DNA from: an uncultured Chloroflexia bacterium | Lineage (GTDB): Bacteria; Chloroflexota; Limnocylindria; Limnocylindrales; CSP1-4 | Length of the DNA: 64,000 bases | Direction of reading: 5' to 3' | Assembly: GCA_963819655.1 (NCBI GenBank) | Contig: CAWFXA010000002.1 | Location: forward strand, 544,001-608,000 | In this document: one piece after another, positions 53,556-61,242 of the stretch | How positions within the stretch are numbered: the first letter of the stretch is position 1 | Layout of the letters: the number at the start of each line of letters is the position of its first letter | Position numbers and translations under genes: made by a program | The notes under the pieces: model-generated | What the model was told of the DNA's origin: nothing | The model's input: the letters and a program-made list of their open reading frames with translations, nothing else | Database searches by the model: none

Positions 53556-54793
53556 GCCGTCCTCGAGGGACCGCCGGACGATCTGCGCAGTGCCAGCCAC
53601 AAGGCAACGATGGTGCAGGCGGTCAGGACGATCGAGCCGACGATCGACACCGGCCCGCTGTGGGGCAACGTCCGTTGGATCAACGCCGTCGCCGGGGCGG
53701 CGCTGGCCAGGTTCAGCGTCAGCACTACGCCAAGGACCAGCCACAGGACGTATGCCCGCCGGTCGTACAGCACCAGCACCAGGAGGATGACCGCGGCGTA
53801 CGCGTAACGCTCGTGCATCTGCGTCATGAACGTGAAGAACGTCAGCACCGACGCGGCGAGCCCCAGGATGAGCCGCTCCGGGCGTGGGTCGCGGATGATC
53901 GCGAGGCCGATGGCCAGCGAGAAGAACGCGGTCACGGCGTAGCCGATGTGGCGCAGCGTGAATGGCCCCAGGAACGCCACGTCGTCACGGATGAAGTCAC
54001 CGCCGGCCGCCGCCTCCTGGAGCAGCCACCACGGGTTCCACGCCCGCAATGACAGGATCCCGAAGGCGCCGCTCGAGTAGTACTGGACGTTGTCCAGGTA
54101 CGCGATGGGGCCCCCGTCCGCGAGGAACGGGATCCACAGCACGGCGATCACGCCGAGGCCGATGACCGCCGCCCGGGCGACCTCGCGGATCCCGCCGGTC
54201 GCCCAGAACCACGCCGCGAACGGGACGAGGAACGGGATCGCCTGGGGCTTGGTCATGAGCGACACGGCCAGCAGAGCCGCCGCCAGCCCGTTCCGACCGT
54301 TGAGCGCCGCCACCAGCGCCCCGAGCCCGCTCAGCACGAAGATCGAGTCGTACTGGCCCCACCACGCGCTGACGTAGAACACGACCGGATGGAGCATGAC
54401 CGCCGCGAAACCGATGGCCGCCCAGCGCGGTCGGTCCCGGAGTGCGTAGGCAACCAGGGCCGCGATCCCAAAGTCGGCAAGGGTCGCGGGAAGCTTCATG
54501 AGCACACGGATGGCGGGGTCGGAGGAGTCCGTGACCGTGGCGAACGCCGACTGGATGGCCGCGAGCGCGGCCCATACATAGGCCATGACCGGTCCGAAGC
54601 TCACCCGCCCGGCGGCGATGTCCCCGTACAGCGAGCCGAGGCCGTGCGTTGCGATGTGGTGGACCCATCCGACGAACTGGTCGAGGTCGCCCTCGAGCCC
54701 CGGCATCGGCAGCAGCCACAGACGGATGAGGATCCCGGCGGCGAGCGCCACCAGGACGATCAGGCGGTCGGCGCGGCGCCAGCCGGCCGCCAT
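53552..54793 (-). CDS. GT-C membrane glycosyltransferase
   Basis: GDLDQFVGW, MKLPATLAD, SAWWGQYDS, TKPQA, QMHERY. Confidence 0.78.
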   Translation of the reverse strand: MAAGWRRADRLIVLVALAAGILIRLWLLPMPGLEGDLDQFVGWVHHIATHGLGSLYGDIAAGRVSFGPVMAYVWAALAAIQSAFATVTDSSDPAIRVLMKLPATLADFGIAALVAYALRDRPRWAAIGFAAVMLHPVVFYVSAWWGQYDSIFVLSGLGALVAALNGRNGLAAALLAVSLMTKPQAIPFLVPFAAWFWATGGIREVARAAVIGLGVIAVLWIPFLADGGPIAYLDNVQYYSSGAFGILSLRAWNPWWLLQEAAAGGDFIRDDVAFLGPFTLRHIGYAVTAFFSLAIGLAIIRDPRPERLILGLAASVLTFFTFMTQMHERYAYAAVILLVLVLYDRRAYVLWLVLGVVLTLNLASAAPATALIQRTLPHSGPVSIVGSIVLTACTIVALWLALRRSSGGPSRTA

Positions 54794-54797
54794 CGAC

Positions 54798-55862
54798 TCA
54801 GACGCGGCTCGTCCGCCAGTAGCGCTCGGCCGGTCCGGCAACGTCGCCGACGACCCCGAGTGCCGCACCATACGAACGGACCGCGTCGGCCATCGCGCGG
54901 GTGCCGTCGAACAGCCGCTCGATCTGGCTCTCGTAGATGTTGATGCCGGTGATCTTGCGCTCGATCTGGTCGCCGATGTCCGCGAAGGCCGGGAACAGGC
55001 TCACACCGGCCGGCATGGCCGTGAGCGCATCAGTTCCGAGCTGGTCGAGCCCCCGGAAGTCGTCCCACATCGCGTAGGGGAAGTCCTCGTAGAACACGAC
55101 CGTGCCGGCGTACTCCGGCCCCGGCATCACCCAGCGGTCCGAGGAGCGCAGCAGGGCAACGCCCGCCTCGCGGCACAGTCGATGGTCGACGTGGCCACCG
55201 ACCCCGAGCGGCAGGTAGACCTGCTGCGGCTCGAGCCGGTCGATCTCGCGCTGCAGGACATCGAACGGGTGCGTGTCGTCGTCGCGCGGCGCCCCGAGAA
55301 GCTGCTCGTCGCCCGCGTACCCTCGGAAGACCGCCTCGGGCAGGTCGAGGAAGACGATCGACGCCTCGGCGAAATAGGCGTACCGCTCGTCCTCCAAACG
55401 TCGTCTCGCCATGAGGTCGCCGGCCGCCGCGGCCTCGACGACCTCGTCGGTCAGGACGGCGCCCTGGGTGGGCATGTCATCGATGACCGGCTGGCCGGCG
55501 AGCGACTCGTTGCGGATGCTTGCCCGTCGATACCAGGACGACCGCTGCCAGAACCGCTTGGCGGCCTGGTCTGCGTCGACCTGGGTCGCTTCGAGCGCCC
55601 CGTCGTCTGCCACCCATGCCGGCGCGATCGGATAGTCGGGCAGGATCGCGCTGCGGTTGAATGCTTCGGTCGAGGGCCACATCGTCTTCGACCCAAAGCC
55701 GAGTGCCTCGCGTTGGTAGGGCGCGAGCCCGTCGTTCGCTCCATCGCCCGAGAAGACCGTGATGATCGTCACGGTCTGACCCACCTCCCGGAGGCTGGCG
55801 ATCAGGCCGCCGCACGAGAGCGCAACGTCGTCCGAATGGGGCGCGACGAACACATGGGTCAT
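54798..55862 (-). CDS. PIG-L/LmbE family de-N-acetylase
   Basis: VAPHSDDVALSCGG, RRLEDE, GGHVDH, YEDFPY, YESQ. Confidence 0.85.
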   Translation of the reverse strand: MTHVFVAPHSDDVALSCGGLIASLREVGQTVTIITVFSGDGANDGLAPYQREALGFGSKTMWPSTEAFNRSAILPDYPIAPAWVADDGALEATQVDADQAAKRFWQRSSWYRRASIRNESLAGQPVIDDMPTQGAVLTDEVVEAAAAGDLMARRRLEDERYAYFAEASIVFLDLPEAVFRGYAGDEQLLGAPRDDDTHPFDVLQREIDRLEPQQVYLPLGVGGHVDHRLCREAGVALLRSSDRWVMPGPEYAGTVVFYEDFPYAMWDDFRGLDQLGTDALTAMPAGVSLFPAFADIGDQIERKITGINIYESQIERLFDGTRAMADAVRSYGAALGVVGDVAGPAERYWRTSRV

Positions 55863-55898
55863 GGCCGGCCGAGTATACCGAGGGGGAACGGCCCCGGA

Positions 55899-56585
55899 TC
55901 AGAACCAGCGGCGCCTGTTGTCGGACGGGGAGCGACGCTCGTCGTTCGGGAAGCCGCCCGGTCCGATGAGCGGCACGAAGACCACGGCGCCATGGGGCGT
56001 GTCGCGCCAGTCGTCGCCGTGGCGGACGACCAGCGTCAGGATCTGGTGATCGCGTGGCCCGACCGGGATCACCAGCCGCCCGCCGTCGGCGAGCTGGTCG
56101 CGGAGCTCGGTCGGGATCGACGGTGCCGCCGCCGTCACGATGATCCCGTCCCACGGCGCGCCGCCGGGGTCTCCGAGGCTGCCGTCGGTCGTCCGGATCA
56201 TGACCGTGCCCGGCAGATCGAGCGCCGCGATCCGCTCGCGGGCCTTGTCGGCGAGCACGGCGTGCCGCTCGAGGCTCGTTACGTCCGCACCCAGCGCTGC
56301 GAGGATCGCGGCCTGGTACCCGGACCCCGTGCCGAGCTCCAGGATCCGCTCGCCCGGTTGCGGCGCGAGCAGCTCCGTCATCCGTGCCACGACCCACGGC
56401 TGGCTGATGGTCTGGCCGGCGTCGATGGGGACGGCTTCGTCAGCGTAGGCGCGATTCTGCCGGTCGCTGCCGAGGAAGTGGTCCCGCGGAACATCGGTCA
56501 TCGCGCTCAGCACGCGCTCATCGCGGATGCCCCGGGCGCGTAGCTGGTCCTGGACCATGCGCCGCCGATCATCGTCAGCGCCCAT
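55899..56585 (-). CDS. pcm: Protein-L-isoaspartate O-methyltransferase
   Basis: GQTISQP, LELGTGSGYQAA, APWDGIIVTAAA, GGRLVIPVG, VFVPL. Confidence 0.93.
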   Translation of the reverse strand: MGADDDRRRMVQDQLRARGIRDERVLSAMTDVPRDHFLGSDRQNRAYADEAVPIDAGQTISQPWVVARMTELLAPQPGERILELGTGSGYQAAILAALGADVTSLERHAVLADKARERIAALDLPGTVMIRTTDGSLGDPGGAPWDGIIVTAAAPSIPTELRDQLADGGRLVIPVGPRDHQILTLVVRHGDDWRDTPHGAVVFVPLIGPGGFPNDERRSPSDNRRRWF

Positions 56586-56624
56586 CCACAGAGAGTAGAC
56601 CCCGACAGGGGACAGGGGATGCGG

Positions 56625-57257
56625 TTAGGACGCGCTCGGTGAGGCGCTAGCCGCCGGCGTGGCGCTCGGGGCGACCGATGGAGCCGCGCTCGGGCTTGCC
56701 GAACCGCTTGGGCTCGCCGATCCGCTTGGGCTCGCCGATCCGCTTGGGCTCGCCGAACCGCTCGGGCTCGCGCTCGCACTCTCGCTGGGGCTCGCCGACG
56801 GGGTCGGGGTCGGCAGCGGACGCAGGAGGCCGCCACTCCCCAGCAGGATGCCGTTCAGCAGGATGAGGACGAAGACTGCGACCGTCCCGATGACGAACCA
56901 CTTCGAAACGTCGTCCTTGACATGGACCGCGATCTCGGATGGCGAAGGCGCCCGAGTCGCCGGGGTGGTGGTGCCGCTTCGGCGCTTGGCCGCCGACGTC
57001 CGCCGCTCGGCCGCGGCAGGGACGGCCGCGTCACCGCCGATCTCGCGGACCGCGGCATCGTAGTCGTCGATGTCCGCCTCATCGGCCTCGATCGCTTCGG
57101 TCTCCGCCTCGTCGAGGAGCTCTGCCTCGATCGCGTCGGCGTCGACGTCGTCCGGCCGCTCGCCACCGTCGTCATCGAGCTCGTCATCGATGTCTTCAGG
57201 GTCGTCGTCGATCGGCTCGAGCGGTTCCTCGGGCGCGCCGTCACGGGGTTCGGTCAC
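56625..57257 (-). CDS. Bitopic membrane protein: D/E-rich N-terminus, one TM, S/P/A-rich repeat tail
   Basis: Composition of the ORF translation. Confidence 0.75.
   Translation of the reverse strand: MTEPRDGAPEEPLEPIDDDPEDIDDELDDDGGERPDDVDADAIEAELLDEAETEAIEADEADIDDYDAAVREIGGDAAVPAAAERRTSAAKRRSGTTTPATRAPSPSEIAVHVKDDVSKWFVIGTVAVFVLILLNGILLGSGGLLRPLPTPTPSASPSESASASPSGSASPSGSASPSGSASPSGSASPSAAPSVAPSATPAASASPSAS
56688..56771. repeat. 18-bp tandem repeat, about 4.7 copies, encoding GSASPS
   Basis: GCTYGGGCTYGCCGAWCC units. Confidence 0.85.
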
Positions 57258-57338
57258 GGGTGTGTCACAGCTCCTGGCGCTCGACGCGGGCCGTCAGATC
57301 TGGCGCCGCGGACGGGCAGCAGGATACCCGATAGCCGA

Positions 57339-59381
57339 TCAGGCCTCGCGGACCGCCGGCACGAACCAGCCCGCCAGCCCCGCCACCGCGGTGACGATGC
57401 CGAACGCCGCGATGACCGTCGTGACACCGATGACCTCGGCGAGCACGCCACCCAGCCCGATCGCCAGCGTCATCGCCCCGAAGACCAGGGAGAAGCGGAA
57501 GCCGATCACGCGACCGATGAGGTTGGGCGGCGTCCGCTCCTGGAACAGGGTCTGGCTCGGGATGATGAAGACCATGTTCGCGATGCCGATGCCGAAGGCG
57601 ATCGCCAGGACGACGCCGAGGTTGTCGGACAACGCCATGAGTGTCGTGAGCAGCCCGAGCACGGTGTAGCCGGCGATGATCATCCGGCCCTTCGCCAGCC
57701 GCGCGCCGATCAGACCGATCACGAACCCGCCGATCAGGTTGCCGGCACCCTGACTGCCCTCGATGAAGCCGTAGACAGCCTGCCACTCGAACCCCTGGCT
57801 GCCGAAGACGCGCTCAGCGAAGACCGCCGTCTGGCCGATGAGCACCCCGATCGTCAGCTGCGCGACGACCGCCTGTAGCGTGTTCGCCAGCAGGACCGGT
57901 TCGTTGCGCAGGAAACGCCAGCCCGCCACGAGCTCGCTGCGGAACCCGGTCGATGCCGGTTCGCCGTTCGCATCCTCGGTCGCCGGGCGCGGCATCGGCC
58001 GCGGGATCAGCGTGCTCAGCAACAGCGCCGAGGCGAGGTAGGTCGCCCCATCGAACCAGAACGCGACCGACACGGCGTTGGCGACCAGTGCGACGAACAG
58101 GCCGGCCAGCGGGAACCCGATGACGTCGGCGATGGTCTCGCCGACCCACAGCGCGGAGTTCGCCGTCAGGAGCTCATCCTCGCGGACGAGTCGCGTCAGG
58201 ATCGCGACCCGCGCCGGCCGGAAGAAGATCGAGATCGTGGTCAGCAGGAACACCAGCGGGTAGACGAGGAAGATGTTGGTCGACGCCGCGATCGGCATGA
58301 TCAGGACGACCGCCGCACGGAGGATGTCGCTGACGACCAGCACTTCACGGTGGTCCCAGCGATCGACCAGCGTGCCGGCGAGCGGGCCGAAGAAGAGGTT
58401 CGGCAGGGTCGCGGCGACGAACACGAGCGCGACCGCGATCGGCGAGTCTGTGACAACGAAGACGATCGCCGCGATGGCGACCTGGTGGACACGATCGCCG
58501 AACAGGGAGATGAGCTGGCCCGACCACAACGCGGTGAACGATCCATTCAGCGCGAGGCGGACGTACGGATGCCGTCGGAGCCGTGCCACGACCTCCGGGG
58601 AGAGGCGTGGGATCGGCAGCGTCGGCGCCGTGGATAACCCGGGCGCGCCACCCGTGCCCGGTCCACCGCCACCGACGGTCGAGGTCCCCGGCGCGGCCAG
58701 TTGTTGTCGCCCGGTGCCGAGGACGGTCGGTCGATCGAGCGCCGCGGATCGCTCGAGACCGGGCGTCAGGCCCGTGATGCCTCGCTCGCCCGCCAGTCGC
58801 CGCCGGAGCTCGGCGTCCTCCGACTCCTCGGTCGGTGTCGGGACGCGCACGACACCGGCAAACAGGAAGAACGCGAGCCCGAGCGTCAGGAACACGTCGC
58901 CGAGCGAGTACACGTTGCGGATGACAGCGACCGGCACGGGTATGACGTCGCCGAGGATCAGCAGACGTCCGAGGAAGTCGGGCGAGGCGGCATCGACGAC
59001 CGTGTGGAATGCCCGGTCGACGTCGGCCTCGGTCAGACCGGCCGCGACAAGGGCCGGCTGCCAGATCGGCATGAAGCCGTTGTTCGCGACGATGACCAGC
59101 GTGTTCGTCAGGACGCCGAGGAATGCCAGGCTGAGGCCCGGGTACGAGCGATTGACCCAGAGCGCCACGAGGAGCACGACGAACGCCGCGGTGAGCAGCG
59201 GCAGCCGGAATGCCTCGACGATGCCGATGTGCGCGCCGAGCGCCCACTCGGTGGCGTAGCGCACGACGACGGCGGCGACGAGCAGCCACGTCCAGCGCAG
59301 CTGGATCTCGGCGAGGTTCCGGAGCCGCCCTCCGGCGAGGAGACCGAGGACTAGCCCGAGCAGGATCCCGCCGATCAGCAT
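57339..59381 (-). CDS. DUF5317 domain fused to a DHA3/MFS_3-type transporter
   Basis: N-terminal GGRLRNL...N.LVIVANNGFMP...LGDVIP...YSLGD (DUF5317 pattern); G/P-rich linker; LWSGQLISLFGD, GPLAGTLVDRWDHR, QERTPPNLIGRV. Confidence 0.82.
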   Translation of the reverse strand: MLIGGILLGLVLGLLAGGRLRNLAEIQLRWTWLLVAAVVVRYATEWALGAHIGIVEAFRLPLLTAAFVVLLVALWVNRSYPGLSLAFLGVLTNTLVIVANNGFMPIWQPALVAAGLTEADVDRAFHTVVDAASPDFLGRLLILGDVIPVPVAVIRNVYSLGDVFLTLGLAFFLFAGVVRVPTPTEESEDAELRRRLAGERGITGLTPGLERSAALDRPTVLGTGRQQLAAPGTSTVGGGGPGTGGAPGLSTAPTLPIPRLSPEVVARLRRHPYVRLALNGSFTALWSGQLISLFGDRVHQVAIAAIVFVVTDSPIAVALVFVAATLPNLFFGPLAGTLVDRWDHREVLVVSDILRAAVVLIMPIAASTNIFLVYPLVFLLTTISIFFRPARVAILTRLVREDELLTANSALWVGETIADVIGFPLAGLFVALVANAVSVAFWFDGATYLASALLLSTLIPRPMPRPATEDANGEPASTGFRSELVAGWRFLRNEPVLLANTLQAVVAQLTIGVLIGQTAVFAERVFGSQGFEWQAVYGFIEGSQGAGNLIGGFVIGLIGARLAKGRMIIAGYTVLGLLTTLMALSDNLGVVLAIAFGIGIANMVFIIPSQTLFQERTPPNLIGRVIGFRFSLVFGAMTLAIGLGGVLAEVIGVTTVIAAFGIVTAVAGLAGWFVPAVREA

Positions 59382-59414
59382 CGCGTCATGATGCTGGAGC
59401 GGGCTTCGGCTTCG

Positions 59415-60816
59415 TCAGGCCTGCTCGGGTGCCTGGGAGGGGACCGGCAGCGAGCCGGTGGCGGGCGGCTCGGCGAGCCGCGTGGCGGCCGCCTGACCGA
59501 GAAGGGGGATCGGTCGCGGCTGGACGGTGCGCCCCGGATCCGCCACGCCTTCGACGTGGTGGGTCTTGACGAACGCATCGACCACGACCGGATCGAACTG
59601 GATGCCCGCGAACTTGCGCAGCTCGGCGAGTGCCTGCTCGGCGCTCAGCGGCGTCATGCGATACGGCCGGGCGGCGGTCATCGCCTCGAATGCGTCGGCG
59701 ACGTGCAGGACGCGGGCGAGCTTCGGGATCTCGTCGCCCATGAGGCGGTCGGGGTAGCCGGAGCCGTTGTACCACTCGTGGTGGTGGCGGATGATCGGCA
59801 GCTCGGGAGCGAGCTTGGTGACCGGCGCGATGATCTGCGCGCCCAGCACCGGGTGCGCATTCATGATCATCCGCTCGTCCTTGTTCAGCCGCTCCTGCTT
59901 CAGCAGCACCCGGTCGGGGACGCCGATCTTGCCAACGTCGTGGAGCAGGCCGCCCCACTCGAGCGCTTCCAGCTCGCCATCGTTGACATGCATCACGCGC
60001 CCGATGTCGACCGCGATCTCCTTGACCCGGTGGCTGTGCTTCGCCGTGAACGGGTCGCGTTTGTCCACTGCCTCGGCCAACGCGCCGATCGTCTGGGTGA
60101 ACATCTCGCGCATCTCGATGAAGCGCGCATACGCAAGCCGGGTTGAGTACAGGGGAACCGCGAATAGAGCGGTCGCCCACCATTGGACTGCGTAGACCAC
60201 AGTCATTAGCCAGGACAGTGGCGCCAGGGCGACAACGCCCCCGAGAATCCCGCGAATGTCACCAAGGAGCACGTCTCGAGGCGACTGTCCCGTTCGGAGA
60301 CCAAGTGCGATCGAGACGAGCACCAGATTGAGCGCGATAAAGAGCAGCGCGGCGGCCATGCCAGACGCGAAGTCCCAGGCAAGCCGCCCCCAAGGGTCAG
60401 CAGGACCTCACGCAGGGTCCCGGCGAGGATCGCAGGTACGACCAAAGCTGCGTGATTGGCAAGCGTCCCGTACCAAGGAATGCGACCTCGGATCTCGCGA
60501 AGTTCGGTTGTACCAATGGCGGCAACCCACCCAGCGACGGCGGGCCCGCCAAGGAATAGCGAACCCATGATTGGAGCAATCGCAACGGCCTGTTGCGTTC
60601 CACGAGGCAGCTGTACGGGGAAGGCAGACCCAATAGGGTAACGACAATCCAGTGACAAGACGCCAAGCGCGAATTCGGGAGCGGTTGGAGCGCCACTTGA
60701 GCCCGGAGCGCAATCGCGATCGCGGGCTTGGCGGGAAACAGAAATGTCGCGGCCACCAGCGCGAACGCACCGATGACCACGACGGTCGCGACGTAGAGCT
60801 TGAGGGACTTCGGCAT
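59415..60816 (-). CDS. HD-GYP c-di-GMP phosphodiesterase with N-terminal multi-TM sensor (MASE-like); frameshifts near 60380 and 60660
   Basis: DPFTAKHSHRV, LLHDVGKIG, HHHEWYNGSGYP, VADAFEAMT..RPYR, QFDP; hydrophobic N-terminal frames starting MPKSLKLYV. Confidence 0.88.
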
Positions 60817-60884
60817 CGTTCCTGGATCGGCCACCGACCTCACTCTACGGCCAACGCCGCGAGCAGGGTAATGGGCCATCCGTA

Positions 60885-60974
60885 CTAGAAGCCCCTAAGA
60901 GAAGCCCCTCCGGCAAGCGCAATCATCGCCACGCTCGTGAGCGTGACGATGATCCGCATCAAACGGACCTTCAC
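60885..60974 (-). CDS. 29-aa signal-peptide-like small ORF, putative signalling-peptide precursor
   Basis: GTG start with AAGGA SD: MKVRLMRIIVTLTSVAMIALAGGASLRGF*; basic N-region, hydrophobic core, LAGG, short polar/aromatic tail. Confidence 0.7.
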   Translation of the reverse strand: MKVRLMRIIVTLTSVAMIALAGGASLRGF

Positions 60975-61050
60975 TGGAGGGTCCTTACCAGGCCTTCGCG
61001 GACTCGGGAGCCACGGACGTTCCTCCTTCGCGGCCTCCGTGCTCTGAGGA

Positions 61051-61085
61051 ACACGAAAACCGACCTGACTACCAGTCGGTCGGTT
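61051..61085 (-). terminator. Riboswitch expression-platform terminator
   Basis: AACCGACC-GACT-GGT-AGTC-A-GGTCGGTT then TTCGTGTT; the 5' arm overlaps the aptamer 3' end. Confidence 0.75.
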
Positions 61086-61146
61086 GCACTAGTCGCTCCG
61101 CCGCACCCTAAGTGCCCATTTCAGGTGCGGCATCGCTGCGTCCGGT
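61077..61146 (-). promoter_or_regulatory. c-di-GMP-II riboswitch aptamer
   Basis: CCGG-ACGC-AGCGATG-CCGCACCT-GAAA-TGGGCACTT-AGGGTGCGG-CGGAGCG-ACTAGTGCAACCGA-CCG matches class II hallmarks (kink-turn GA pairs, GGGCAC/GTGC pseudoknot, AGTGCAACC). Confidence 0.85.
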
Positions 61147-61161
61147 ATTGACGATTACTTC

Positions 61162-61221
61162 CTAGTACTGGGGTACTAGTAAGTTGGCCGGACTTTAGGT
61201 ATCCGCAAGTAGACCGGTCAA
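61162..61221 (-). promoter_or_regulatory. Promoter plus perfect palindromic operator candidate
   Basis: TTGACC-N18-TAAAGT, followed by CTAGTAC-CCCA-GTACTAG (61162-61179). Confidence 0.55.
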
Positions 61222-61242
61222 TACGGCACCTTACCTATCTGT

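Noticed and set aside
110-59354. Long antisense and alternative-frame ORFs in the track (e.g. 1183-2502+, 5959-7521+, 36016-37815-, 54585-56543+)
   Set aside because: These are shadow ORFs of high-GC coding sequence, R/P/G-rich and without recognisable motifs.
61162-61179. Palindrome as a LexA box
   Set aside because: It resembles the cyanobacterial AGTAC-N4-GTAC type, but the downstream genes are not SOS genes and similar sites occur at pilus and glycan promoters. Not fully excluded.
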